Shown: piece by piece, positions 1 through 11,810 of the stretch
How positions within the stretch are numbered: the stretch's first letter is position 1
Layout: every line of letters starts with the position of its first letter
NCBI GenBank assembly: GCA_964639295.1
Contig: CAZXDT010000003.1
Coordinates: 1,304 to 65,303, forward strand
DNA from: an uncultured Candidatus Saccharibacteria bacterium
GTDB taxonomy: Bacteria > Patescibacteriota > Saccharimonadia > Saccharimonadales > JALRHH01
DNA: 64,000 nucleotides
Reading direction: 5' to 3'
Made by a program: the position numbers and the translations under genes
Notes under the pieces: generated by a model
What the model was told of the DNA's origin: nothing
What the model saw: the letters and a program-made list of their open reading frames with translations, nothing else
Database searches by the model: none

Positions 1-65
1 GATAGTCAAAACCCTAGCAAGTTTTATTTTGCTAGGGTCTGTGACTGAGTGTGTATGTGCGTTAT

Positions 66-1385
66 TTAGAAAGTCGTTGTTGCTATGAAGTCTGCTTGTA
101 CAGTATACGCACCTGTTGGGGTCGTAATACCTGACAGAGCTGCAAACTTCAGGATGAGTGCTTCGTCATCAACCACTTTTACTGCTGAACCTGTTGAGGT
201 CGCGATGGTTGTGGTGTTAGCAGGGTTCGCATCCCAGGCGTAACCACCGTTAGTGGTACCACCGACTTGATCACTATCTGTTACGAATGTACCGGTACCG
301 TTACCATCATAGACTCCATCACGGACCATGTTACAGCCCGAACCGCCAGAAGCACATGTGTAAGCACTGGTGCTACCACCGTTGATACCGGCAATAGTCA
401 TACCGAACTTTTCGCCACTAATACCGACCGTGAATGCACCTTGTGAAGCACTTGTATTGAAACACTGGTCAGTGGTACTAGTAGAGACTGGGGAAGCAGT
501 ACAGGTTGCACCGGGCACTTTGAGGGAGCCAGAGCTGGTCTCTGAAAGCGAGTGATATGCAATACTCGCACCGTTAAAGGCGTTTGTACGGATCATCGCT
601 ATCGCGTTGGTGTTACTACCACCGTTAGTTGTACTCACCGGAGACACGTTAGTAGCACTGCTATCGATGTTACCGATATCAACACTAGAGGTACCAGCAA
701 GGGTGACTGCTGCACAGTCTGCACCAGGTGTCGTAGTATCGGTGTTAACTGTTGTTGATGCCACACAGAAGTCTAGACGTTCCTGGACACGTGCGTTGAC
801 GGTCAAGGTCTGTGAAGTACTTTGTGCGAAGACACCTTCCCACTTGAGGGTTGTACCGGTATCTGAGTAGATACGCATACGAGTGTAGTAGCTCTTGTTT
901 GGAGTTGTGTTGTTAACAATATCTGATGCACCTAGAGTGATCTTAAGTGCTGTTTTGCTTGTTGCATCGTCGGCAGTTGTCTTATCAAACTGAATTTGGT
1001 TATTAGAACCACCGCCTAGACCGTTTTCACGAGTAGTTGTCCCACCTGTTGAGGTCCATGGACCAGACAATGTGGCAGTTGGTGAAAGAGCGATTGTTGG
1101 TGTATTAACTGTAGTACAGGTAGTTAGTGGCGTGTCACAGAACTGAATTTCAATATAGTCTGCGTTGGCTGTGTCTGCAGTGGTATTAAATGTCCACTCT
1201 AGCTGGGTTGTTTGGCTAGGACGTGCACTAGTTGATGTTAGGTTGCGAGATAACAGTGTTGGAGCAGCAGACGCTGAACCGGTTATTAAAACCGGGGCTA
1301 CAGCAGCAAACGTCAAGACTAAGGCTGATAGCCCTGCTTGCGCCCTGCGGGAGAGATCCCGGAAACGATCTATATACACACTCAT
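66..1385 (-). CDS. Secreted Thr/Ser-rich surface protein, tandem paralog 1 (439 aa)
   Basis: Long ORF. N-terminal hydrophobic signal-like segment (..ITGSASA/AP). Paralogous to the 1779..3104 product, with an identical central block. AAGGAAA RBS-like sequence upstream. Confidence 0.8.
   Translation of the reverse strand: MSVYIDRFRDLSRRAQAGLSALVLTFAAVAPVLITGSASAAPTLLSRNLTSTSARPSQTTQLEWTFNTTADTANADYIEIQFCDTPLTTCTTVNTPTIALSPTATLSGPWTSTGGTTTRENGLGGGSNNQIQFDKTTADDATSKTALKITLGASDIVNNTTPNKSYYTRMRIYSDTGTTLKWEGVFAQSTSQTLTVNARVQERLDFCVASTTVNTDTTTPGADCAAVTLAGTSSVDIGNIDSSATNVSPVSTTNGGSNTNAIAMIRTNAFNGASIAYHSLSETSSGSLKVPGATCTASPVSTSTTDQCFNTSASQGAFTVGISGEKFGMTIAGINGGSTSAYTCASGGSGCNMVRDGVYDGNGTGTFVTDSDQVGGTTNGGYAWDANPANTTTIATSTGSAVKVVDDEALILKFAALSGITTPTGAYTVQADFIATTTF
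508..845. repeat. 338-bp tract 100% identical to 2221-2558 (inside paralog 1)
   Basis: Manual line-by-line comparison. Identity starts at gcaccgggc and ends at cccactt. Flanking sequence is only about 80% identical. Confidence 0.9.
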
Positions 1386-1515
1386 TTTGTTTTTCCTTTT
1401 ATATACTTTGTTTATTTTTTAGTATTAATGACCTATTTTTACCATAATACTCTGGGTAAACGCAAGCACTTTCACAGCATAGTTTTCCACAGGTAAGCAC
1501 TGAGGTGCACGCACT

Positions 1516-1666
1516 CCACACTTGAGATCATTTGGATTTGTTTGAGCGAAACGTAAAGGAGCCGTACTTAGGTACGGTGACTGTGTATCGTAAGCAAACA
1601 AATTCGAAGGAGCCAAGAGGCTGGCGGGTTACAAGCTCAGCTTGTAAGCAGGCCAGCCGGTGTGGG
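1516..1666 (+). ncRNA. Family-1 structured intergenic element, copy A (candidate ncRNA or REP-like repeat)
   Basis: Closing stem CCACAC/GTGTGG; hairpin GCCGTAC-ttag-GTACGGT; terminal hairpin GGCTGGC..TTACAAGCT-ca-AGCTTGTAA..GCCAGCC. Homologous to copies at 27247, 37809 and 61161. Confidence 0.6.
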
Positions 1667-1680
1667 GTGTGTTTGCAGTA

Positions 1681-1720
1681 AATAAATAAACGCCCTCTGC
1701 AATTATATGCAGGGGCGTTT
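1681..1720 (-). terminator. Rho-independent terminator after paralog 2
   Basis: - strand stem cgcccctgca/tgcagagggcg followed by tttatttatt. Confidence 0.75.
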
Positions 1721-1778
1721 ATTACCCGTTAGCTGAACTATGTCAGGATGGGATTTGATTAACCTAAAACATTCGTAC

Positions 1779-3104
1779 TTAGAAAGTAGCAGTTGCTATA
1801 AAGTCTGCTTGCACAGTGTACGAACCAGTTGGTGTCGTAATACCTGACAGAGCTGCAAACTTTAGAATCAATGCTTCGTCGTCGATAACCTTTACTGCTG
1901 AACCAGTTGAGGTCGCGATGGTTGTCGTGTTAGCAGGATCTGCGTCCCAGGCATAACCACCATTTGTGGTGCCAGCTACTTGGTCGATATCAGTTACGAA
2001 TGTACCTGTACCGTTGCCGTCGTATGCTCCATCACGGACTACATTACAACCTACGCCACCAGCGGCACATGTGTATGCACTGGTGCTACCACCGTTGATG
2101 CCGGCAATGGTCATACCGAATTTCTCACCGGTTGTACCAACTATAAATGCGCCTTGTGATGCACTTGTGTTGAAACATTGGTCAGTTGTACTTGTAGATA
2201 TTGGAGAAGCAGTACAAGTCGCACCGGGCACTTTGAGGGAGCCAGAGCTGGTCTCTGAAAGCGAGTGATATGCAATACTCGCACCGTTAAAGGCGTTTGT
2301 ACGGATCATCGCTATCGCGTTGGTGTTACTACCACCGTTAGTTGTACTCACCGGAGACACGTTAGTAGCACTGCTATCGATGTTACCGATATCAACACTA
2401 GAGGTACCAGCAAGGGTGACTGCTGCACAGTCTGCACCAGGTGTCGTAGTATCGGTGTTAACTGTTGTTGATGCCACACAGAAGTCTAGACGTTCCTGGA
2501 CACGTGCGTTGACGGTCAAGGTCTGTGAAGTACTTTGTGCGAAGACACCTTCCCACTTCAAACTCGTAGCAGGGTTGTCGTCGTAGATACGTACACGTGT
2601 GTAGTACGACTTGTTGACTGCTGCATTGTTAGTAATGTCAGCTGCACCAAGCGTAATTTTTAGTGCCGTTTTACTTGTTGCATCGTCGGCATTGGTCTTA
2701 ACGATATCAATCTGGTTATTTAAACCGTTAGATGATGCCGTACGACCATCCACTCGCGTGGTCGAGGTAACCGCAGTACTCGTCCACGGACCCGACAGTG
2801 TGGCAGTTGGTGCTATAGCAACACTTGGCGTGTTTACGGTTGTACACGTACCAAGCGGGCTGTCACAGAACTGGATTTCGATTGTCTTTGCATTCGCAGT
2901 ATCAGCCGTAGTATTGAACGTCCACTCTAATTGAGTGTTCGTCGAGGGTTGGGCACTCGTAGATGTAAGCATACGAGATGTAATGGTCGGAGCAGCTCCT
3001 GCTGTCGCTGGCAAAAGTGCTGGCAACACTCCAACTGCCCCAAGAATTACAACCTTAGTCCACAACGATACCCTACGCATTTGTAGAGTTATGTTTTGAG
3101 ACAT
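1779..3104 (-). CDS. Secreted Thr/Ser-rich surface protein, tandem paralog 2 (441 aa from the AAGGAG-preceded ATG)
   Basis: Long ORF. The ATG at 3104 is preceded by AAGGAG; the ORF track starts 21 nt upstream at 3125. Has a signal peptide and is a paralog of the 66..1385 product. Confidence 0.8.
   Translation of the reverse strand: MSQNITLQMRRVSLWTKVVILGAVGVLPALLPATAGAAPTITSRMLTSTSAQPSTNTQLEWTFNTTADTANAKTIEIQFCDSPLGTCTTVNTPSVAIAPTATLSGPWTSTAVTSTTRVDGRTASSNGLNNQIDIVKTNADDATSKTALKITLGAADITNNAAVNKSYYTRVRIYDDNPATSLKWEGVFAQSTSQTLTVNARVQERLDFCVASTTVNTDTTTPGADCAAVTLAGTSSVDIGNIDSSATNVSPVSTTNGGSNTNAIAMIRTNAFNGASIAYHSLSETSSGSLKVPGATCTASPISTSTTDQCFNTSASQGAFIVGTTGEKFGMTIAGINGGSTSAYTCAAGGVGCNVVRDGAYDGNGTGTFVTDIDQVAGTTNGGYAWDADPANTTTIATSTGSAVKVIDDEALILKFAALSGITTPTGSYTVQADFIATATF
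2221..2558. repeat. 338-bp tract 100% identical to 508-845 (inside paralog 2)
   Basis: Same manual comparison. The identical spurious + strand ORFs 552..758 and 2265..2471 in the ORF track confirm it. Confidence 0.9.
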
Positions 3105-3379
3105 ATAGTTCTCCTTAATTAACATACGTGGTGCGCACAGAGAGCCTGCATATCTTAGGATCTGGATTTAATAACAAGCAAGAGAAGCCTTCAAGCACAC
3201 GAACTAGACCAATTATATGGATTCGTTTTACTAACGGCGTCGCAAGCTGTCACTTTAGCGTCGCATATGTTTGATTTATATTGATTGTTTTTGTTTTAGG
3301 TTAATATGCACACTATTCATACCATATTATTGTGCATTAGCACAAGCAGTTATCCACAGATACACGTATCCCCTACTAC

Positions 3380-4126
3380 CTAATATGTTCCGCTCACCAC
3401 AACATCATGAACCATAACATACGTCCCGGCTGGCGTAATAGCACTCACATTTGCAATGTAGGAAATAGTGTAGTCAGTTCGTCCAACCGCTTGATTGCCT
3501 GCTGTCGCTGCAGAATGCGCAATAATATCACCCACACCATATTTAAACTGATTCACGGTGTTATAGCCGGCATTTACGGTGCCATCTGCAAAGCTATTAT
3601 CAGGAACATTTAATGAGTTTGCCCCGATATCTGGGCTTGAGTTATCTACTAGATTAATACCAAACTCTTCTGTTCCGGGTATAGGAGCACCCAGACTTGA
3701 TTTAGCAGCAAGCACCCTACCGCCTTCGCTTGTTGGGGGCTGGCTCATAGTCTGTACGACATATGCACTTGAGAGGTACGTTCGTACCCAAAAGGTTCCC
3801 GATCCCGTACCAGTTGTGCTGGTATCCAGATTGCCCAAATCAACTGTTGCGCTATTAATAAATAATTCAAGGAACGGTTCTGATGGAGTAATAAATCCAG
3901 CTTCAGCATCATAATTTGTACTTGATGATCTACCTACACCAAGTGAGCCAACATTACTCTGTGCCTGAAAGTTACTTGATGAAGAGTTACCCCCACCTGT
4001 ACCAAACTGATATTCATTGACCTTGTAGCTATTGGACGAAGACTCTTGTGCAAAGACAGGTACTTGAACAGCGAGTATCAATATCGCTAGTAAAAGTGTG
4101 TGTTTAAGTATCTGTTTCCGCCACAT
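3380..4126 (-). CDS. Secreted protein, unknown function (248 aa)
   Basis: Signal peptide MWRKQILKHTLLLAILILAVQVPVFAQ. The C-terminal strand motif ITPAGTYVMVHDVVVSGTY resembles the C-termini of the two paralogs. Confidence 0.75.
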   Translation of the reverse strand: MWRKQILKHTLLLAILILAVQVPVFAQESSSNSYKVNEYQFGTGGGNSSSSNFQAQSNVGSLGVGRSSSTNYDAEAGFITPSEPFLELFINSATVDLGNLDTSTTGTGSGTFWVRTYLSSAYVVQTMSQPPTSEGGRVLAAKSSLGAPIPGTEEFGINLVDNSSPDIGANSLNVPDNSFADGTVNAGYNTVNQFKYGVGDIIAHSAATAGNQAVGRTDYTISYIANVSAITPAGTYVMVHDVVVSGTY

Positions 4127-4159
4127 AATTTATCACTATTCTAGCATAACCAGTGTTGT

Positions 4160-4858
4160 TTAGCGGGTTTCGAATGTCTCGACGATATTGTCAAAGTCAC
4201 CGGCCGTAGGCTGTGCGGTAAGGTTTCTGTAAGTAATGCGGTATGTTGCAGTACCTCCACCTGGCCTACTAAGTACCATTGCATCAGTCCCGCCTACCAA
4301 TCCCGCAACCGCAACATAGTTTGATGTGTCAGGATTACAAATAAACGTAACTTCTTTGAATGTAAGTACGAGTGTGTGTCGGCTACTGTTTGGCTTAAGC
4401 CCAGTTCTACAGTGATCTGATACGGTGCCTTTGGGTGTCAGTTTACCGCTCTTAGAGGCAGTTACTGGGAGAACGCGGCTCGTCTGAGCAGCATCGAGCG
4501 TAACCGGGGACTCTTGGTTAATATCAATAGTTAGATCCTGTTCAATAAGTGGACCGTTGTATTGCCTGTATACAAAGTGGTTCGAACGACTTTCATTGGC
4601 AATTGCCCGCCATTTCTTTGAAGTTTGAAACTGGAAATAAGGGCTGGACTGTAACTGGGTATCAGCGACGATGAGTGAAGTTACGGCTTTGCTTTCATTA
4701 GAAGCTTCTTCGGATTTATTGTTATTGGCGATAATGTCATACGCAAAGAAACCCCCGCCAACTAACAAGCCAAAAATAATCAATGCCCAGACATAGCGTA
4801 GTTTGCGCAAGAACCGCTTGCGGCTATGGAAGCCTTGTTCTCGGTAGTAGCTCGACAT
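4160..4858 (-). CDS. N-terminally membrane-anchored protein, unknown function
   Basis: Start chosen at ATG 4858, preceded by GAGAGGGAAG; the ORF track extends to 4930. One TM segment (VWALIIFGLLVGGGFFAY). Confidence 0.7.
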   Translation of the reverse strand: MSSYYREQGFHSRKRFLRKLRYVWALIIFGLLVGGGFFAYDIIANNNKSEEASNESKAVTSLIVADTQLQSSPYFQFQTSKKWRAIANESRSNHFVYRQYNGPLIEQDLTIDINQESPVTLDAAQTSRVLPVTASKSGKLTPKGTVSDHCRTGLKPNSSRHTLVLTFKEVTFICNPDTSNYVAVAGLVGGTDAMVLSRPGGGTATYRITYRNLTAQPTAGDFDNIVETFETR

Positions 4859-5155
4859 CTGTTCTTCCCTCTCGGGACCCCCATATGGATTTACTGCCAT
4901 TATTGCACACAACACTAAAAACACAACCACTTACGAGGAGGGGTTGTTAAAGTGTGTACGCAACGCTGAACTGCAAAACAAGCTGAGAACGGTCAGTCAG
5001 AAGTTCAAAAATGTGCTTTACAGTGTCCAGTAATGTTTGTGTTGTTTGTACCAAATGTACCGTAGCATATTTTTACTACAAGCACAAGCGTGACTGATTG
5101 CGGTTATGTTTTTGACTGCAAACATAGTATTATTGATGCAAGAAGACCAGAGGCC

Positions 5156-6154
5156 ATGGATAATAAATCAGAAGATACAAATCAGCCAGAAAAACCTGAG
5201 AACACTGAGCCAGTGTCCGGTTCAAGCAACGCTGAAGGCGAAAGCCTTGAAGGCAGTACTGATGCAACTGCGTCTTCTGATGTAAAAGTAAGCGCGCCAA
5301 AACAAAGCATTGGTAAGCGTATTCAGGGACTCATAACAGGCTTGAACATCTACCTTATACTGTTTATTTTCATCGTGGTACTTGCCGCAGGTATCGTTAT
5401 GATTGGCATTCAGAAAAACAAAAAAGCTGCCACGCCAACTACTGTTAACACCCAGACGCTATCCGCTGACGAACTCAAGAAAATCGCCGAAAGCGAACAA
5501 AAAGTTGGCGATCCTAAGTCAACGCTATCTATCGAATCTAATGCTATCTTCAGCGGTAAAGTACTGATCCGTGACAGTTTAGACGTTGCGGGAACTATCA
5601 AGGTGGGTGGGGCATTGAGTCTACCAGGCATTAGCGTGTCCGGGGAGAGTAGCTTCGACCAGATCAAAGCTAACAACCTAACTATTACCGGTAACACGGC
5701 TATCCAAGGTCAATTAAGTATCCAAAAGGGTATAACCAGCAGTGGCGGTGCAAGCTTTGGTGGACCTATCTCTGCCCCTATCTTGACGGTTCAGAGCCTA
5801 CAAATCAGTGGTGATTTACAGATCACTCGACATATTGACGCAGGTGGTGGCACACCAGGAAAGGTAGATGGCAGTTCGTTAGGATCTGGCGGAACCGTAT
5901 CTATTAGTGGTAGCGACACAGCTGGGACAATAACCATCAATACCGGTGGTGGCCCGGGTGCAGGTTGTTTCGTGACCGTTAACTTCACGCAGAAATTCAG
6001 TGGCAATCCACACGTTGTTGTATCCCCTGTTGGTTCAGGTGCGGCGTCACTCCAGTACTACATAAACCGAAACAGCAGTAACTTTAGCCTCTGCACCGCC
6101 AATGCCCCAGGTGGTGGCCAAAGCTTCTCATTCGACTACATAGCCATCGACTAA
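5156..6154 (+). CDS. Membrane-anchored protein with Gly-rich beta-helix-like repeats
   Basis: ORF. ATG 5156 is preceded by AGAGG; the ORF track starts at GTG 5090. One TM segment, then repeated G-x-L/I-x-V/I-x-G motifs. Confidence 0.7.
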   Translation: MDNKSEDTNQPEKPENTEPVSGSSNAEGESLEGSTDATASSDVKVSAPKQSIGKRIQGLITGLNIYLILFIFIVVLAAGIVMIGIQKNKKAATPTTVNTQTLSADELKKIAESEQKVGDPKSTLSIESNAIFSGKVLIRDSLDVAGTIKVGGALSLPGISVSGESSFDQIKANNLTITGNTAIQGQLSIQKGITSSGGASFGGPISAPILTVQSLQISGDLQITRHIDAGGGTPGKVDGSSLGSGGTVSISGSDTAGTITINTGGGPGAGCFVTVNFTQKFSGNPHVVVSPVGSGAASLQYYINRNSSNFSLCTANAPGGGQSFSFDYIAID

Positions 6155-6177
6155 TCTAACACCTCACAAAGGGTTCT

Positions 6178-6293
6178 GAGCTTGAGTGTAGCTTGGGATG
6201 CTCATCGAGGCTTGACCTTGAGGCGTACTAAAAGTACGGCGAAAGGTCAGACGTAAGATAAGCGCCCAAGATGCGCCAAGGTCTGAAGCCGCC
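6178..6293 (+). ncRNA. Family-1 element, divergent/truncated copy E
   Basis: CTTGAG..TTGGGAT head. Stem GACCTT/AAGGTC encloses hairpin CGTAC-taaaa-GTACG. Then ACGTAAG and GCGC-ccaagat-GCGC. The long 3' hairpin is missing. Confidence 0.4.
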
Positions 6294-6294
6294 T

Positions 6295-6618
6295 TTAGAT
6301 ATCGAGAAAAACCACGACTTCGTCAGCTTTTACATGCATAATCCCACGCGCAATCTTAATATGCTCCTCATTATCATCCGTACGCACAATAATATCGCCT
6401 GAGTTTAGCAATGTCATGAAGTTGTGGTGCTTGGGCAATATGTCGAAAGTACCGGTATCGTTCACACCGGAAATACTGTTTGCCTCACCGTCAAAATACA
6501 CTTTAAATGGTGCATAGACCTTGACGTGCATCGTCTTGCCGTCAACTCGCGATTCAGGAATTGCGGCATTGGTAGCGGTATCTTTATGCTCGACAGGTTT
6601 GTTGTCATCTTCTGGCAT
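6295..6618 (-). CDS. atpC: F1 ATP synthase epsilon subunit
   Basis: Last gene of the atp operon. Epsilon-like beta-sandwich sequence (ILPKHHNFMTLL...). The true start may be the internal MHVKVY. Confidence 0.8.
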   Translation of the reverse strand: MPEDDNKPVEHKDTATNAAIPESRVDGKTMHVKVYAPFKVYFDGEANSISGVNDTGTFDILPKHHNFMTLLNSGDIIVRTDDNEEHIKIARGIMHVKADEVVVFLDI

Positions 6619-6788
6619 GATGGACCCTTCTCAGATCCTAGCTCTGTTAAGTGAAAACACTGCTGGCGAGTACCATTTTTCAGTTTTTGTGAGGAGACAT
6701 ATCCGTAGATACGTTGACGAGCAAAACTGGTAAATGGTGCCGCCAGGAGGGTTTGAGGCTGGAGGGAGGGTTTGAGAAGAGTCCATAC

Positions 6789-8982
<2,194 letters not shown>

Positions 8983-8986
<4 letters not shown>

Positions 8987-10641
8987 TTTGCTACCTCTGA
9001 GGGTTCTTTAGACTCTTCTTGAGAGGGCTCAGGTTGCTGTTCGGCGGTTTTTTCTGCTTCCTTCTTTGCAGCTTCAGCCGCTTTTTCAGCCTCTTCCTTT
9101 TCCTTCTTCTTTTCTTTCTTTGACTTTTTATCGTCTTCCTTCGGCTCTTCTGGTGGAGCAGGTGCTGCAGGGGCAGGCTCTGGCACACCCTTTAGTTCTG
9201 GTTGACACTTCTTCAGAAGCTCATCTCTCACCTGATCATACAGCTCATCAGCTGTAACTTTGACTGCGTATTCTGCAACATTGAGCTTCAAGGAGCTGAT
9301 GTCTAGTGGCACATTGCTGTCAGCGTGCAGTGCAATATCCAACATCAGTTGCTGGGCCATTAACGAATATGTGTCAGTTGGGGATTGTGTCATTACCTGG
9401 AAGAGGCGCTTACCTACCTCAAGAGCTCGTTTAGCCTCGACCGCAAGTTCGGAACCAAAGTGAGAGAACTCTTCTGCCTGACGGTAGTCTGCTAGCAACT
9501 TAAGTGTCTCGGCTGCAAGTGCCTTTTGGCGCTTGTTATGGCCAATACCACCAGCACGGGTCACAGACAAACCAATGTTCAATGCTGGGCGAACACCATT
9601 ACGGAAAATACCCATGTCCAGAATCCACTGACCATCGGTAATTGACATAACGTTGGTAGGCAAGTAGGCGGTGATGTCACCACCTGCAGCGTTAATAACC
9701 GGAATACTCGTCAAATGCGCGCCGTTACGATCAAGACGCCCTGCCCGTTCAAGCAAGCTCGAGTGCGCGTAGAACATGTCACCTGGATAGGAGTCGCGAC
9801 CTGGAGATACACCAGACATCAAGGCAACTTCACGGTATGCATGCGCGTGAGAGGTAAGGTCATCGTAAATAATAATTGTATCTTGGTTAAGCTGTTGCCA
9901 GAGGTATTCTGCCATAGCACAGGCTACGTATGGTGCGATATAGCTCATAATCAGTGACTCGAACATCGTACTTACCACCACTATCGCTTTTTCCATACTG
10001 CCCGTCTCTTGTAGCCGAGAAAGGAGTGTATCGACATCACTACGACGCTTTGCAATAAGGGCATAGACCACCACTTGGTCGGTATTCTTCTGGTTAATTG
10101 CCAGTTGTGTCACGACGGTACTCTTACCTGATTTGTTGTCACCAAGGAGTGCCATACGCTGACCACGTACGATAGGGAACAGAGAATCGATGCCCATTAC
10201 GCCACTTTCAAGCTGATCGCTGAGCAGTTTACGCTCATACAACGGTGGTGCAGTATTAAACACCGGCCATACTGCGTCAGCCGCAATTGGACCCTTGCCA
10301 TCAAGCGGTTCACCGGTAACGGTAACTACACGACCGATGAAGTCCTTGCCTACTTTACAAACCAATTCCTGGTGCTGGATAACTCCAATCATCCCGATAC
10401 GCAACACGTCACTACCAAGGTGCAAAATCGTAACATCAGTAGTAGATACCTGGTGTACAAATCCCTTACTGCCGTCTTCAAACATGACTAAGGCATGCAC
10501 TGCAGATGGCTGTAGGCCAGACATCTTGACCAGGAATTTATCCACAGCAATAACTTCACCAACAGGATTACCTGCCGCAACTAAACGGTCAAAGTGTTGG
10601 TTGCCGCTATCAGCCACCGGTGACCTCCACTGGGACAGCAA
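8983..10641 (-). CDS. atpA: F1 ATP synthase alpha subunit with a Lys/Glu/Pro-rich C-terminal tail
   Basis: P-loop GDNKSGKST; alpha-type core; roughly 65-aa low-complexity tail ([31 protein letters not shown]...). Confidence 0.95.
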
Positions 10642-11161
10642 CTGGAGCCGGTTGTGCCGCTGGTTGCCTGCCTGCCTTCAAAAGATCAGCCAAAATTTGG
10701 CCCTTTTCCTTGAACCTATTACGCAGGCTGAAATCAAAATATTTGTTGGTGGTACGCACTACACACCCTGCACCGATATTTGGCTGTAAGCCAACTTGAA
10801 GCAGAACTACCGGGTGGAGTTCTGAGCGTAACCAAGTAATGAGCTTTTGGGTGAACATTGGTGACGGATCCGCGCTAAAGCTCATATGCAACGTAGGCGC
10901 GCTGGACCTCACCTCTGTCAAAAACGACTTTAACCGTTGCCGATCTTCTTCGTGCAAGACATTCAGCTGGTTAGCGTTAATTGTCTCGTCGAATAAACGG
11001 CTCGTGCGAGGTAACTTTACTGGGGTGCCTGGTTCACGAATAGCCGACTGCTTAAGAAAGTCGTCAAGTGTCTCAACCTCACGGAGCAAACGACCTACGT
11101 CAACCCGGCTCACAACGGAGATGGGTAACTGGAGGTATGCTTCGCCCTTGTTAAGCTCCAT
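10610..11161 (-). CDS. atpH: ATP synthase delta (OSCP) subunit
   Basis: Position between atpF and atpA; size; OSCP-like C-terminal region. Confidence 0.75.
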   Translation of the reverse strand: MELNKGEAYLQLPISVVSRVDVGRLLREVETLDDFLKQSAIREPGTPVKLPRTSRLFDETINANQLNVLHEEDRQRLKSFLTEVRSSAPTLHMSFSADPSPMFTQKLITWLRSELHPVVLLQVGLQPNIGAGCVVRTTNKYFDFSLRNRFKEKGQILADLLKAGRQPAAQPAPVAVPVEVTGG

Positions 11162-11771
11162 TGCTCAAATCCTTTATAATCGCCTCTTTATTCGCGCTCA
11201 TATCGCTGAGAATAAATTCAAGCTGGTCATTCAAGTCAATCTGATCACCAATAGCCATCAAGACATAGTGGTTTACGATATCTGCCATGTTTTCTTCGAA
11301 TCGCTGTACCAAACGCTGCTTCTCTGCCTCAATCTCTTTGAGTAGCTGGCTGCCCATAAGCTGACGTTGTTCTTCGATGGCCTCTTGTGTTTTGGTAATT
11401 GATTCGAGAGCGAGCGTCTTGGCATCCGTAATAGACTGCTCATATTTAGTAAACTCTTCCTGAAGTTTCTGAGTAATCTCACTCTTCATGTACTCGTTAA
11501 GTTCAGAAGTTGTCAGACGAAGATCCTGCTGCAAGAACATAGCGTTCTCACCAATAATCTTTTCAAAGTGCAAACGACCCCTGTTACGGAGTTCTTCACG
11601 GAATTCTTCGTTGAAGATGCGTTCTACGTCTTTTTCAGCGCCCTCTGTCAGGGCATCGACTGCATTCTTACCCTTTTTATTCGGTGAAGACATGCTCAAG
11701 GCAAGCCAAATAAATGAAGCTGTTGCTGCACCGATAGTACTCAAGATCAGAACTAATCCCCAGATACTCAC
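11151..11771 (-). CDS. atpF: ATP synthase Fo subunit b
   Basis: Single N-terminal TM followed by a long charged coiled coil; operon position. Confidence 0.75.
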   Translation of the reverse strand: MSIWGLVLILSTIGAATASFIWLALSMSSPNKKGKNAVDALTEGAEKDVERIFNEEFREELRNRGRLHFEKIIGENAMFLQQDLRLTTSELNEYMKSEITQKLQEEFTKYEQSITDAKTLALESITKTQEAIEEQRQLMGSQLLKEIEAEKQRLVQRFEENMADIVNHYVLMAIGDQIDLNDQLEFILSDMSANKEAIIKDLSNGA

Positions 11772-11810
11772 GTATTTCCCACCCTATACATAGTTACTTT
11801 CAGGTTTCCC

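Noticed and set aside
1425-1616. ORFs overlapping family-1 elements (1425..1616 -, 27150..27347 -, 61136..61456 -, 37790..37972 +) whose - strand translations look conserved (..YDTQSPYLSTAPLRFAE.NPNWLKC).
   Set aside because: The similarity follows from nucleotide conservation of the repeat. Copy C keeps the base-pairing but not the peptide (..CTPQSRIQIVSS). Starts and stops are inconsistent. Substitutions are paired across stems rather than codon-like.
8991-9188. A Lys/Arg-rich 65-aa ORF and other antisense or offset ORFs inside atpA, with similar nested ORFs throughout the ORF track.
   Set aside because: They are shadow frames of the low-complexity KE-rich tail and of well-supported genes. 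None has independent support.
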